From: a virus
Lineage: Duplodnaviria > Caudoviricetes
Virus record (IMG/VR): IMGVR_UViG_3300012663_001434
Span: 1 to 48,051 of that record
Length of the DNA: 48,051 bases
Direction: 5' to 3' (one strand)
The notes beneath the pieces are model-generated. The model did no database searches, had not been told where the DNA came from, and saw only the letters and a program-made list of their open reading frames with translations. This document shows positions 30,905-40,533 of this stretch, in pieces (positions within the stretch are counted from its first letter, which is position 1; the number at the start of each line of letters is the position of its first letter). Both the position numbers and the translations under genes were made by a program.

Positions 30905-31555
30905 TTATTTGCTATTTGTAACTACAGCCCCTTTAGTATTTTTAGTTCCAACTAGAGCATCAGTTGTATCATAATTTTGAGGATATGATTTCATTGTAGT
31001 TTGAATTACAGAAGATCCAACTCTTAATCTTCCGTATCCAACTGGCACGGGATTTCCTTGCTCTGCCAAATTGGCTTTAGAGCTTATTAAGAAAGATTGT
31101 TTTGCTCCACTAACCGTTGATTCTGTTTTTTGCATTTCTGGTTTTGGCGCGAGCATCATTTGAAGAGCCATACTCACCATCATTGCTCCAATACTACCTA
31201 CAAAACCAGCGGCGGCTCCAAGGCTAAGTCCAAAAATTGCTCCTGTGGCCCCAGCATACATAAGTCCAGCACCGACCACAGCAAGGGCGACAGCGCCACT
31301 TCCACAAATAACAGGAACTAAATCTATTTGTTCTGGGCTATTGCTAATATCTAATTGATTGATATTTTCAATTTTTTCGCCGTTGACTAAGATGCTGTAA
31401 TGAATGCCTTGTTCAATTAATTCATTCATCCTTTTTCTAAAAAGTGAAAATTTTGAGCTAATAGCCTCAATAGCCTCCTTTGGTTTCTTTATTTTAAAAA
31501 ACATAGAGCTTTGGAACTCATGTCCAAGAATACCGTGTAGATTTATTAGTGTCAT
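30905..31555 (-). CDS. Lambda gpI-like tail assembly protein
   Basis: INLHGILG ubiquitin-like N-terminus, Gly/Ala-rich hydrophobic middle, QGNPVPVGYGRLRVGS. Confidence 0.88.
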   Translation of the reverse strand: MTLINLHGILGHEFQSSMFFKIKKPKEAIEAISSKFSLFRKRMNELIEQGIHYSILVNGEKIENINQLDISNSPEQIDLVPVICGSGAVALAVVGAGLMYAGATGAIFGLSLGAAAGFVGSIGAMMVSMALQMMLAPKPEMQKTESTVSGAKQSFLISSKANLAEQGNPVPVGYGRLRVGSSVIQTTMKSYPQNYDTTDALVGTKNTKGAVVTNSK

Positions 31556-31962
31556 AAAATTTTCTCCTTTAACCTTGTTAGTATGTTTACATTGTAATCT
31601 TTATTTTGTGGCTCATAAATATAAAATTTGCGAGAATTAATAGAAAAAATCGTAAATGTCAGGCATGACGCTTCGGACATTCTAATATCAAAATCAGATG
31701 GACTCTCATCTCCAATTACATGACTATGAAAAATAGAAAGCATAGAGTATTGATTTTTAAATTTTAAATAACTAGCTGGATTTATACTAAAAAATGATCT
31801 TGGATCAGATGACTCATTCTTTTCTAATGTGGCCACAAAACATTTTTCGATTTCATCAAAACCAATAAATCCGCAAATCTCATTGTTAAAATTGCGAATA
31901 GAATGATTGATGATGAAATCTTTAATATCGTTTATAGATTTTGATGTAATTTTATCTTCCAT
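31552..31962 (-). CDS. Lambda gpK-like JAB/MPN-domain tail assembly protein
   Basis: EICGFI...IFHSH....PSDFD; no NlpC/P60 domain. Confidence 0.85.
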   Translation of the reverse strand: MEDKITSKSINDIKDFIINHSIRNFNNEICGFIGFDEIEKCFVATLEKNESSDPRSFFSINPASYLKFKNQYSMLSIFHSHVIGDESPSDFDIRMSEASCLTFTIFSINSRKFYIYEPQNKDYNVNILTRLKEKIL

Positions 31963-34303
31963 ATTTTTCAGTTCCAGGAAATCCGCCAAATGGCAAATAA
32001 GATACGAATGTTTGTGGTGAGTCGGCACCAGAATTTGCGTAATAAATAACTGTATCACTATAATCCATGCTTCCTGTATATTGTCCACTCAAAATAATTT
32101 TTCTTGTAGAAATGTTTTCTCCTGTTATTTCATATGGAGATGTATCACTTAAATTCATATCCCACCAAGCATATAAACCAGTTTTGTGATTATTTTGCAG
32201 TTCTGAATATTTTCTTGGCTTTAATCCAACATTGACACTATTATTAAAAGTGCTTTTTTCATCTGTTCGATTAAAGAATTCTGTTCTTCCATAATCTAAA
32301 CTACCAGTCCATATGGCTGTTGAGCCTATTCGTATGTTGCTTGTTATTTTTAAATTTGATTCTGGAGTTCCATCATTAAAACTAGGTGTAGATAATAATT
32401 CAGAAAACTGCCAATCATTAATACCAAATTTTAGATCTGCCATTCCATTATTGAATCCAGTATTTTTGAAAACAAAAAATTCTCCAGAAGCGACCGTCAT
32501 ATTGCCAAAAGTTACCACTTTCCCACTCGGTGGAGCAATGGTAAAAGTTTTTATTTGATTCGCTCCTGATAAAGAAATATATCCTTCTTTAAAAGCTGTT
32601 GGCCTTGATCCTGTGGATGTTCCACCAGAACAAATAATATGAAACGGATTCATATTTTGAGCAGACCATTTTATTGATAGTTGTCTTGGATAAATTGCAT
32701 AACCGCTTGATATTAAATTTCCAGTTAAATATGCAGTGGCAAATTCAAGAATTAATTCTTGGGTCGAACCAACACCAGAAACATATAAATTAATTCCACT
32801 ATACTGACAATTAGGTTTTACGTTATGAAGAACATTAGTATATTGTTTTGATCGTGAGGTGCCACTTGGAAATTGAATCCAACTAGATAACTGCCAATAA
32901 TCCTTGGAAGAAATATTGTCTGCTTGAAAGCTTGTGTTGTATAAACCAAGGCCAGTAGGCTCAAAAATACAAACCTCTGAAAGTCCAGGATAAGCACCAC
33001 TGCATCCGCTACCACTTATTGTAACAGATGTTACTGTCACAGGATTACTAGAAAATCCAGAAGTTATTTTTGTTCCATTGAATGGTATATTTGAAAGAAC
33101 GCCTGACTTTACTAAACTTGCGCCATTGTAGAAAGTGATATATGCTCCACTAAAGTTTGAATCGGTTTCTGGTCGATCATACAAATCAATTCTATCAATT
33201 GTTTTTGGAGAATTCCATTGTAAAGATACCCAAGGATGAGGTGCGCCAGTTCCAGAACTATACCAAGAATAAAAATTTCCAGTCTGCAAATCATTAATGT
33301 TAGAGGCAGAATAAGAATTAGAATACTCACTAGATGCAGTAACTGAAGCTAATGGCGCAATATTATTGTAAGCATTGTAGCCAGCTTTATGAGAGAAATC
33401 AACATAGTTATTAGTAATAGATTGAGCTACTGTGTTCGCTGTCCATATCGGGGCATTTTGGAATCTTTTTTTGCAGCCATCTAATTTTTTATTGCAGCCG
33501 TCTCTTAACCAATAAGAGTCATTAGATCCAGGCTGAAATTGGCTTGATGATGTATGATTCACCTGACAAGCATACCAAATTTTTGCCGAACGTCCATCAA
33601 CTATAATTTTTGGATTTTCTATATATGTGAGTTCGCCGCTTTTAAATTCTTTACCAATAGCCCAAGGATTTTGTATCAAATTCCATTCGCCGCTATAGTT
33701 TATTTTTCTGCCGTCTTCTGTTTCAATAGGAGGACCATTGTATTTGCAGCCATTTCCTCGGTAATACCAAGAACAATAACGAGATAAAATCAAGCGATTA
33801 TTAACATCGAAATTATCTAGATCAAGAGGAGAAGTAAGCTCCAACTCTACAAACATTTTATTCTCTGCTGTTTTTTGACTTATGACAAAAGTGTCATTGC
33901 TGATTTCGGCGGAAGCATCTGCTTGACCCCAAGGATTGCCGCCATCAAAATTCACATCATCTAAATACTTGACGAAAGTTCTTTTTCTAACAATCTTAGC
34001 GAATTGCAAATCATGATTGTTTAATAATAAATCGGTCATGAAGTAATCTTTATTAGAGATTCTAATTTTTGGGCGAGCCATTTGACCATTGGCATTTACT
34101 TCAAAACCTTCGGACTCAACTGGAACAGGAAGATATTCAATACCTTGCCATTGAATACCCCTCGAAAAAACAGATCCACCATGAAATGCAATATAAACAC
34201 CTTCTTTATCAACGGTATTGAAATATAGCAGAAATAATTCTACAATAGCTGTAGGTTGTAAGTCTAATAAACTCGCAGCAATCTTGTCTTGTCCTTGTCC
34301 CAT
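31952..34303 (-). CDS. Lambda gpL-like minor tail protein with a large insertion
   Basis: YLPVPVESEGFE, RKRTFVKYLD, CSWYYRGNGC, GCNKKLDGCKKRF and terminal LPFGGFPG. Confidence 0.88.
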   Translation of the reverse strand: MGQGQDKIAASLLDLQPTAIVELFLLYFNTVDKEGVYIAFHGGSVFSRGIQWQGIEYLPVPVESEGFEVNANGQMARPKIRISNKDYFMTDLLLNNHDLQFAKIVRKRTFVKYLDDVNFDGGNPWGQADASAEISNDTFVISQKTAENKMFVELELTSPLDLDNFDVNNRLILSRYCSWYYRGNGCKYNGPPIETEDGRKINYSGEWNLIQNPWAIGKEFKSGELTYIENPKIIVDGRSAKIWYACQVNHTSSSQFQPGSNDSYWLRDGCNKKLDGCKKRFQNAPIWTANTVAQSITNNYVDFSHKAGYNAYNNIAPLASVTASSEYSNSYSASNINDLQTGNFYSWYSSGTGAPHPWVSLQWNSPKTIDRIDLYDRPETDSNFSGAYITFYNGASLVKSGVLSNIPFNGTKITSGFSSNPVTVTSVTISGSGCSGAYPGLSEVCIFEPTGLGLYNTSFQADNISSKDYWQLSSWIQFPSGTSRSKQYTNVLHNVKPNCQYSGINLYVSGVGSTQELILEFATAYLTGNLISSGYAIYPRQLSIKWSAQNMNPFHIICSGGTSTGSRPTAFKEGYISLSGANQIKTFTIAPPSGKVVTFGNMTVASGEFFVFKNTGFNNGMADLKFGINDWQFSELLSTPSFNDGTPESNLKITSNIRIGSTAIWTGSLDYGRTEFFNRTDEKSTFNNSVNVGLKPRKYSELQNNHKTGLYAWWDMNLSDTSPYEITGENISTRKIILSGQYTGSMDYSDTVIYYANSGADSPQTFVSYLPFGGFPGTEKYGR

Positions 34304-34337
34304 GTTTTATTTTACACCATATTATAATTAAATACAT

Positions 34338-34787
34338 ATGCAGTTTCAACGAATAAACCAACCGACCAAAGAAATAAGCGAAAAGTTTATATCTTATTGC
34401 ATCAAATCCAAGCCTTATGATTTTTGCCATTTGCCATCGAGGAATGCGTCAATGATTAAAATCAAAGAATATATTGAATTTTTATTTCAGATTTGCGAGG
34501 TGTATTTGGGGTCTGTAAACAATGAAGTAAAACTCTTCGTTGCAGTCAGAAGAGATAATCAAAACCTAGAAATAGAATTTATTTTTGGCGATCATTTTGG
34601 GTTCCTAGAAAACTTTAAAAAGTTTCGATTTTTCTACTACGAACTTCATCCCGAAATACGAACCTTTCACGCGCAAATAACCAGAAAGCACAAACTAAAA
34701 CATTTCATGAACTTTTTGAGCAAAAAAGACCCGAATATTCAAATTATTCTTGACAAACAAGAAATTGTTGTATTATGGAATACATAA
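34338..34787 (+). CDS. Hypothetical protein
   Basis: ORF divergent from gpL. Confidence 0.6.
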   Translation: MQFQRINQPTKEISEKFISYCIKSKPYDFCHLPSRNASMIKIKEYIEFLFQICEVYLGSVNNEVKLFVAVRRDNQNLEIEFIFGDHFGFLENFKKFRFFYYELHPEIRTFHAQITRKHKLKHFMNFLSKKDPNIQIILDKQEIVVLWNT

Positions 34788-35302
34788 TGGCTTATAGAAA
34801 TAAATATGACACAACAGGATCTTCGTTCGCTTTAGGACAAAACGCAGAGTCTAGCTTCGTAACCGCTATTCAAAAAGGTGGATCGAAAATCACAGAATCA
34901 TCTAGACAGGAGCAATTCAAGCATATTGACTTTTATATTGAAACCTCAGATAATCTAAAGTTCTCTGTAGAAGTTAAGTCTCGAAAGAAGGTGAAACGCA
35001 AAGACGATAGCGTAAACGATGAGCTATTGTGGATTGAGTTCAAGAATGTGGCTGGCAAAAGAGGATGGCTTTATGGAGCCGCCGATTTAATTGCATTCGA
35101 ACGTGAGAATGATTTCGTTATGGTTAATCGAAAGCTATTGGCCAGATTATGCGAAAGACTTTGTGATCTTACTAAATTGAATGTCGATGTAGCAATGCCT
35201 CTATATACTGGCTATCAACGTAGAGGTCGCCAAGACTTGCTATCGTTAATCAAGATGTCAGATATTCTACAAAATATTAAATATACTGTCGTTGCTAAGT
35301 AA
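34787..35302 (+). CDS. PD-(D/E)XK-type hypothetical nuclease
   Basis: HIDF..SVEVK..LWIEFKNVAGKRGWLYG.AD. Confidence 0.6.
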   Translation: MAYRNKYDTTGSSFALGQNAESSFVTAIQKGGSKITESSRQEQFKHIDFYIETSDNLKFSVEVKSRKKVKRKDDSVNDELLWIEFKNVAGKRGWLYGAADLIAFERENDFVMVNRKLLARLCERLCDLTKLNVDVAMPLYTGYQRRGRQDLLSLIKMSDILQNIKYTVVAK

Positions 35303-35961
35303 TGAACGAGTTTTTTTTACCAAACTTTGATCGTAAATGGGTGCTGCATTTGATTTTTATTCGAATCCCCAAAAATGCCAGCACCTCAGTTTATCAACAT
35401 TTGGGTGCTTTTAACTTAGTAAATAAATACAGTTCTTATTTTATGAAGAACGTGAACAAGCCTTTGTATAAGGGATGGTTTGATCCTACTCATGCAAAGC
35501 CTTCTGAGATTGCTAGTATTCTACCAGTTAAATGTTCTGATTATTATTCTTTTGCGATAGTTAGAAATCCTTGGGATCGATTCGTATCTATGTATTCATT
35601 CGCGAATAAGATGCAGATCTGGAAACTATTTGGTTTAAAAGAAGAACCATCTTTCGAAAAGTTTTGCGATATTACAAAAGAAAAATTCTCAAATAAAGCT
35701 ATTGATTTTTTTCCAGTCCAAGATCAAATGGAATGGATGTCTGGAGCGTTTCAGCCAAAACAAATTCTTCGTTTTGAAAATCTTCAGCCATCGTTTGAGC
35801 AAATGCTTTTAGATTTGGGGGTTTATCACATCCCATCAAAACTGCCTCATGTAAATTCGACAGAGCATAAGCATTATAGAAACTATTACAATGACAAATC
35901 AAGAAAATTAGTCGAAGAAATATTTTATCGCGATATTGAAACTTTTAAATATACTTTTTAA
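35302..35961 (+). CDS. Sulfotransferase family 2 protein
   Basis: FIRIPKNASTS (5'-PSB) and VRNPWDRFVSMY (3'-PB), RFENL. Confidence 0.88.
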   Translation: MNEFFLPNFDRKWVLHLIFIRIPKNASTSVYQHLGAFNLVNKYSSYFMKNVNKPLYKGWFDPTHAKPSEIASILPVKCSDYYSFAIVRNPWDRFVSMYSFANKMQIWKLFGLKEEPSFEKFCDITKEKFSNKAIDFFPVQDQMEWMSGAFQPKQILRFENLQPSFEQMLLDLGVYHIPSKLPHVNSTEHKHYRNYYNDKSRKLVEEIFYRDIETFKYTF

Positions 35962-35969
35962 TATAAAGA

Positions 35970-36206
35970 ATGAAAGCAAAAATTATTGGCATCAGCGATA
36001 GTCTTTCCCATTTTTCACTATCTCAACGGATTGACTTTGACATTAAACATTTGGAGCATAAAATGCACGAATTATTCATTGATGGCAAAAAGCACATTAT
36101 TGAAATTTCTGAAACTTTTTTTGTAAATAAAAATACCGTCATCATCAAAGGCTACATCAGCGACAATGTGAACGTGGGTAAAATTGGAATTGAAATTACT
36201 TTTTAA
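35970..36206 (+). CDS. Hypothetical protein
   Basis: ORF in a run of co-oriented genes. Confidence 0.55.
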   Translation: MKAKIIGISDSLSHFSLSQRIDFDIKHLEHKMHELFIDGKKHIIEISETFFVNKNTVIIKGYISDNVNVGKIGIEITF

Positions 36207-36342
36207 TTCTCTGCAAAAAATTTGAAATTTGTTCTTGACGGCGACGACATTTTAGAATACAGTGATCTCATCAACGATTGATGCGACCAACAAACCGCAG
36301 CAATCAAAACAAAATAACAACGAACTAATAAACAAACAAAAA

Positions 36343-36537
36343 ATGAATCAAACCATTCGATACAGGGTTTACGACCATCGCGGCAATTATCAGCAGTCTT
36401 ACAGCAATGAACTGTCAGGCGGTTTTGGTTGGGCCAAGGATTGCGCGAAGCGAACCAATGGGTATGTTGTCGAGCATGTGCTTAAAGATGGCAAGGAAGT
36501 TTCTTCTGAAGTAATCTTTGACATTCGAAACAAGTGA
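36343..36537 (+). CDS. Hypothetical protein
   Basis: ATG after an A-rich leader and a TTGACG promoter-like site near 36235. Confidence 0.55.
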   Translation: MNQTIRYRVYDHRGNYQQSYSNELSGGFGWAKDCAKRTNGYVVEHVLKDGKEVSSEVIFDIRNK

Positions 36538-36824
36538 GCAAGAAAGTAGAAATTGACGCCAACGATATTTTTCGATATGTTGTTGGCAATACTACAATCG
36601 ATCCGATTGAAGCTCAAATCAATTTTAATCATCGATATGAGGTCTTGGACGAATTGATCTATGATCATGAATCTAGGAAAACAATCCCTCAGACTGGTAA
36701 TTTCCTAGTCTTCTCAAAAAAGGTTTCGAATCTTAGAAAGATGAGTCCTTCGCTTGCGCGAGATTATATTATCGCTCGATGCGAGGAACTATCAAAAATG
36801 GATATTCATGTTGACTTGAGTTGA
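36534..36824 (+). CDS. Hypothetical protein
   Basis: GTGA overlap coupling. Confidence 0.55.
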   Translation: MSKKVEIDANDIFRYVVGNTTIDPIEAQINFNHRYEVLDELIYDHESRKTIPQTGNFLVFSKKVSNLRKMSPSLARDYIIARCEELSKMDIHVDLS

Positions 36825-37624
36825 TGGGCAAAAAAGTGGCTTTCATTGCTTTGACCGATTCATCGTTTTTGAAAGGTGGATTGATGCAGAAATTCTTCTG
36901 CGAAGAGCATTCTGATAAATACAATCTGTATATTCATAATAAAAATCCCATATCTGACGATTACTTCAAAAGATTTGAGATTTCAAATGATTACAAAGTC
37001 GAAACTGAATGGGCTAAATATTCTTTGGTCTTGGCTACAGTGAGACTTTTGATGGTAGCTCTTCAAGATTCCGAGAATGAAAAATTTGTTTTAATCAGTG
37101 AAAGCCACTGTCCACTCTATAGCATCGATAAAGTTTGTAAAATTGTATTCGATGAGTATCCAGTTTTATCTTTTAGCGATCAGCCACAAGAAGAACACCT
37201 GTCTCTTTTGAGATTCAAAAGACTAATCTTGAATGAAAACAGAAATCCATTTGATCCAAAAAATGCGAAATTTGTTTCTCAGTGGTTTGTCTGCGGTAGA
37301 AGTGATGCAGAAATTTTTACAAAACATGAAATAAAATTGCGCAAATATTTCGATACTCGCAGGTTGCGTTTTGCTGATGAGCTTTATTTTCATTTGATTG
37401 CTCGCCATTTTAACGTTCCGCTTCAATACAAGACTTGCTGCCATTTTAATTGGAATTTAAAATCTTCCAAACGCTTGATAGATCTAGGCTTTAGGGAAAA
37501 ACCGAAAACTTATTCTAAAATAAGCAATCGAGCGATTGACGTTTTTCGCAAAAAAAATGGTTGCATTTTTCTGAGAAAGGTATACGATGGGACCATCTTA
37601 GACGAAGACTACCTACTACAATGA
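36824..37624 (+). CDS. GT14 / core-2-I-branching-like glycosyltransferase
   Basis: KVAF, YNLYIH, TEWAKYSLV.A..LL..AL.D..NEKFVLISESHCPL, SQW, DELYF, FLRK. Confidence 0.8.
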   Translation: MGKKVAFIALTDSSFLKGGLMQKFFCEEHSDKYNLYIHNKNPISDDYFKRFEISNDYKVETEWAKYSLVLATVRLLMVALQDSENEKFVLISESHCPLYSIDKVCKIVFDEYPVLSFSDQPQEEHLSLLRFKRLILNENRNPFDPKNAKFVSQWFVCGRSDAEIFTKHEIKLRKYFDTRRLRFADELYFHLIARHFNVPLQYKTCCHFNWNLKSSKRLIDLGFREKPKTYSKISNRAIDVFRKKNGCIFLRKVYDGTILDEDYLLQ

Positions 37625-38289
37625 TCGTTAAGCCCATCACAAAAAAAATCGCAAACGCTGTCGTATCGAACAAGCATTACTCAAGACGATTGGGTATTTT
37701 TTGGGAAGGTTTCGGCCTTTACGAAAATGACGTATTGATCGGAGTCTGCTGCTTTGGCCAGCCATCTGCCGCCATTCAAAAGCACGCTTTTAAAAATCGC
37801 GATTTCAGACTTTACGAATTGACTCGACTCGTTGTAGATGCTGGACATAAAAACGCAGCATCATTTTTGATTTCTCAGTCTCTAAAACTTCTTTCCACAA
37901 AGCCCTGCGCAATTGTAAGCTATGCAGACTCTGCTCATGGTCACTCTGGAATTGTTTATCAAGCTACAAATTGGCTATACACTGGAGCCACACTGTCTCA
38001 CGACAAACTGTATGTGATCGATGGAGTTCCAACCCACCCAATTACTTTGCGCGATAAATTCGGCATTACTAAACCTGCTGCATGGGCGGCAGAAAATGGA
38101 ATTCAAAAGATTCCCCCACAGCCAAAACACAGATACTTTTATTTTGTAGGAGATAAAAAACAAAAAAGAAAGATGCTGGATAGCCTGCGCTATTCGTTGA
38201 TTTCTAATTATCCAAAATCTGTCAAAACAACCTACGATGCAGGTGAATTCGATTGCGAACATTATACATCTAAAGTGAATTGCATGTGA
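37621..38289 (+). CDS. Mom-family DNA adenine modification protein
   Basis: HYS, GVCCFG, ELTRL, SFLISQSLK, IVSYAD..GHSGIVYQATNWLYTG, KHRY. Confidence 0.85.
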   Translation: MIVKPITKKIANAVVSNKHYSRRLGIFWEGFGLYENDVLIGVCCFGQPSAAIQKHAFKNRDFRLYELTRLVVDAGHKNAASFLISQSLKLLSTKPCAIVSYADSAHGHSGIVYQATNWLYTGATLSHDKLYVIDGVPTHPITLRDKFGITKPAAWAAENGIQKIPPQPKHRYFYFVGDKKQKRKMLDSLRYSLISNYPKSVKTTYDAGEFDCEHYTSKVNCM

Positions 38290-38320
38290 CCGATTATTGA
38301 TTTTACGTGTAAAAGGTATT

Positions 38321-39052
38321 ATGCAATACCTGATTTACAAGCTCACTCATATAGCTACTGGAAAATGTTACATTGGTAAAACCAAAGATTTTACAAGAAG
38401 ATTAAAACAACACATTGCTCGTCCTGAGTGCCGATACCTTCATAAAGCCATATTGAAATATGGTATTGATTCTTTTTCGATTCAAATTTTAGAAGAGAAT
38501 TTAACCTTTGAACAAGCTTCAGTTAGAGAATCTCACTTAATAATTCAATATAATTCTCTCGCCCCAATTGGGTATAATTTAGTTAACGAAACCGATCAGG
38601 GTAGAGACCCAAGCAAGGAAACGAGAAAATTAATGGGACAATCTCAACAGAAAAAATCCAAAAAAAAAGAAATTGGCGTTCGTAAAAAGGGGCTACGCTA
38701 TCTATGCAGGATTCAGTTTGATAAAAAAGAGTATTGTAAATCATTTCAAACTAAAGATCAGGCTCAAGAAGCTTATGACAAGTGTTGCCTTTTCATATAT
38801 GGGACTGACGCTAAATTGAATTTTCCGCACAATAAAGATAGCTATTTACGTGAAGATCTAGAAAGTCACTTTCAAAAATTTATAACAAAGAAAAAGCAAT
38901 CTTCAAACTATAAAGGAGTGGCTTTCCACAAAGCAATGAAGAAGTGGAGAGCTTATTATTACGAAAGTAATAAATTTGTGTGTTTGGGATTTTTCAATAC
39001 AGAACAAGAAGCATATGAGCGAGCAAAAACCAAATATCCTCAAGGGAACTAA
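38321..39052 (+). CDS. GIY-YIG homing endonuclease with AP2-like DNA-binding domains
   Basis: LIYKLT..GKCYIGKT..RR..H; GYN; C-terminal SSNYKGV..KKWRA..LGFF.TEQEA. Confidence 0.85.
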   Translation: MQYLIYKLTHIATGKCYIGKTKDFTRRLKQHIARPECRYLHKAILKYGIDSFSIQILEENLTFEQASVRESHLIIQYNSLAPIGYNLVNETDQGRDPSKETRKLMGQSQQKKSKKKEIGVRKKGLRYLCRIQFDKKEYCKSFQTKDQAQEAYDKCCLFIYGTDAKLNFPHNKDSYLREDLESHFQKFITKKKQSSNYKGVAFHKAMKKWRAYYYESNKFVCLGFFNTEQEAYERAKTKYPQGN

Positions 39053-39566
39053 GACTTATTTAATAGGCGGGATGCAATACGGCGAGGGCAGATCATGGCG
39101 TGAGGATATTGCTGGATTTTTGAAGAAAATGGGTGTGGTTTATTTCGATCCATACAAAAATCCATTTGTCAATGCTCCAGATGAAGATGAAAACACTCAC
39201 GAAAGAATGTATCAATTGATGGACAGCGGCGAATTTGACGAAGTTGCTCATCACTTTAAAAAAGTTCGTTCTTTCGATTTGTCAATGGTAGACCGCAGTG
39301 ATTTTATTATTTGCTTTTTAAATCCAAAAGTTCCAACATACGGAACCGTCGAAGAACTTTCTTGGGCAGTTCGAATGAAAAGACCAATTTTTGTGGTTGT
39401 TGAAGGCGGAAAATCAAAAACGCCCCTATGGGTAATGGGAATGCTACCTCACAAATATATTTACGATTCTTTTGACGAAGTGAAAAAAGTCTTGACAAAT
39501 ATTGATTCTGGTATTAAGTCAATTGACTCCGAAAGATGGAGGCTATTCAAACATGAACTTAGATGA
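39015..39566 (+). CDS. Nucleoside 2-deoxyribosyltransferase-like protein
   Basis: YLIGGM..WRE..FDP; DLSMVDRSD; GTVEEL. Confidence 0.75.
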   Translation: MSEQKPNILKGTKTYLIGGMQYGEGRSWREDIAGFLKKMGVVYFDPYKNPFVNAPDEDENTHERMYQLMDSGEFDEVAHHFKKVRSFDLSMVDRSDFIICFLNPKVPTYGTVEELSWAVRMKRPIFVVVEGGKSKTPLWVMGMLPHKYIYDSFDEVKKVLTNIDSGIKSIDSERWRLFKHELR

Positions 39567-40129
39567 ACATTGTAACTTCAGATTCAAAAACTACACTGCT
39601 ACTCAATAACGCTTGGCAACCGATCAATACGGTTACTGCTAGGGCAGCATTCACTCACCTTCTAAAAGGTCACGCGACTGCATTAGATAAAAATGGTGTA
39701 TTGTTTCACTCTTTGAGTTCTTGGAACGAATTGGCAGAATTCTATGAAGATCAACCAATGCTTCGAAGTGCAAAGTCTGCATGGCCGATTCCAACAATCA
39801 TCATTGTTACTAGCAAATTTTTCCGTAGACCAAAGAAAAGAAAGCTTAGTCTTTACGATCTAGCTAAAATTCATGGCTACATTTGCCAATACTGCCTTAA
39901 CAAAACCGCTTTGTCTGAATTGACAATCGATCACGTTAAGCCAAAAAGCAAAGGCGGCACAGATGATCACGAAAATCGTGTTCTTGCTTGTCGCTCCTGC
40001 AACACCAAGAAGAGTTCGCATTCTCCTTGGTTCGATGTGAATGGAAACATTCCAAAAGCTCCATTGATTCCAGCTTTGATGCTCAATGCTCCAAAGATTC
40101 GGCAAGAATGGGAGGGTTTTTTGCATTAA
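39563..40129 (+). CDS. HNH endonuclease
   Basis: TLLLN..QPI; CQYC..LTIDHVKPKSKGG..N.VLACRSCNTKK. Confidence 0.88.
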   Translation: MNIVTSDSKTTLLLNNAWQPINTVTARAAFTHLLKGHATALDKNGVLFHSLSSWNELAEFYEDQPMLRSAKSAWPIPTIIIVTSKFFRRPKKRKLSLYDLAKIHGYICQYCLNKTALSELTIDHVKPKSKGGTDDHENRVLACRSCNTKKSSHSPWFDVNGNIPKAPLIPALMLNAPKIRQEWEGFLH

Positions 40130-40188
40130 TTCTAAATAAAAATTGAAAAAAAGCGTTCAATTCTTAGAATAGAGTGTAAGAACTTTAA

Positions 40189-40254
40189 ATGAGATATTTT
40201 AATCCATCAAAAACAATCGCAAACCTCTCAAATACTGAGTGGGATGTCGATTAA
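40189..40254 (+). CDS. Putative 21-aa leader peptide MRYFNPSKTIANLSNTEWDVD
   Basis: ATG 9 nt after GTGTAA; followed by alternative stems and a terminator. Confidence 0.5.
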   Translation: MRYFNPSKTIANLSNTEWDVD

Positions 40255-40286
40255 TCGCGGGTAAAAAAGATTTTTTGTTCTCTTTG

Positions 40287-40314
40287 CCCAGCCCTCAAAA
40301 GCTGGGTTTTTTTT
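40287..40314 (+). terminator. Intrinsic terminator / attenuator hairpin
   Basis: CCCAGC-cctcaaaa-GCTGGG plus T8. Confidence 0.8.
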
Positions 40315-40341
40315 GACCAAAAAAGATTCTCAAAAAAGACG

Positions 40342-40369
40342 TTGACAAATTCAGAACGTCTGGTATAGT
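40342..40369 (+). promoter_or_regulatory. sigma70-type promoter for the tRNA array (TTGACA-16-TATAGT, extended TG)
   Basis: Near-consensus with upstream A-tracts. Confidence 0.75.
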
Positions 40370-40461
40370 CAAAACATCAACGGCAGCGAGCGCCTGAAGC
40401 CGCTAAAGTCCGAGAGGGAGATTAGGGTGTAATAAACCTACTAAATACAAAAAATCTAAAT

Positions 40462-40533
40462 GCTCTCATCGTCTAATGGTCAGGACATCTGGTTTTCAAC
40501 CAGCAGATCGGAGTTCAATTCTCCGTGAGAGTA
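40462..40533 (+). tRNA. tRNA-Glu(TTC), no encoded CCA
   Basis: GCTCTCA/TGAGAGT acceptor; loop TT-TTC-AA. Confidence 0.9.
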
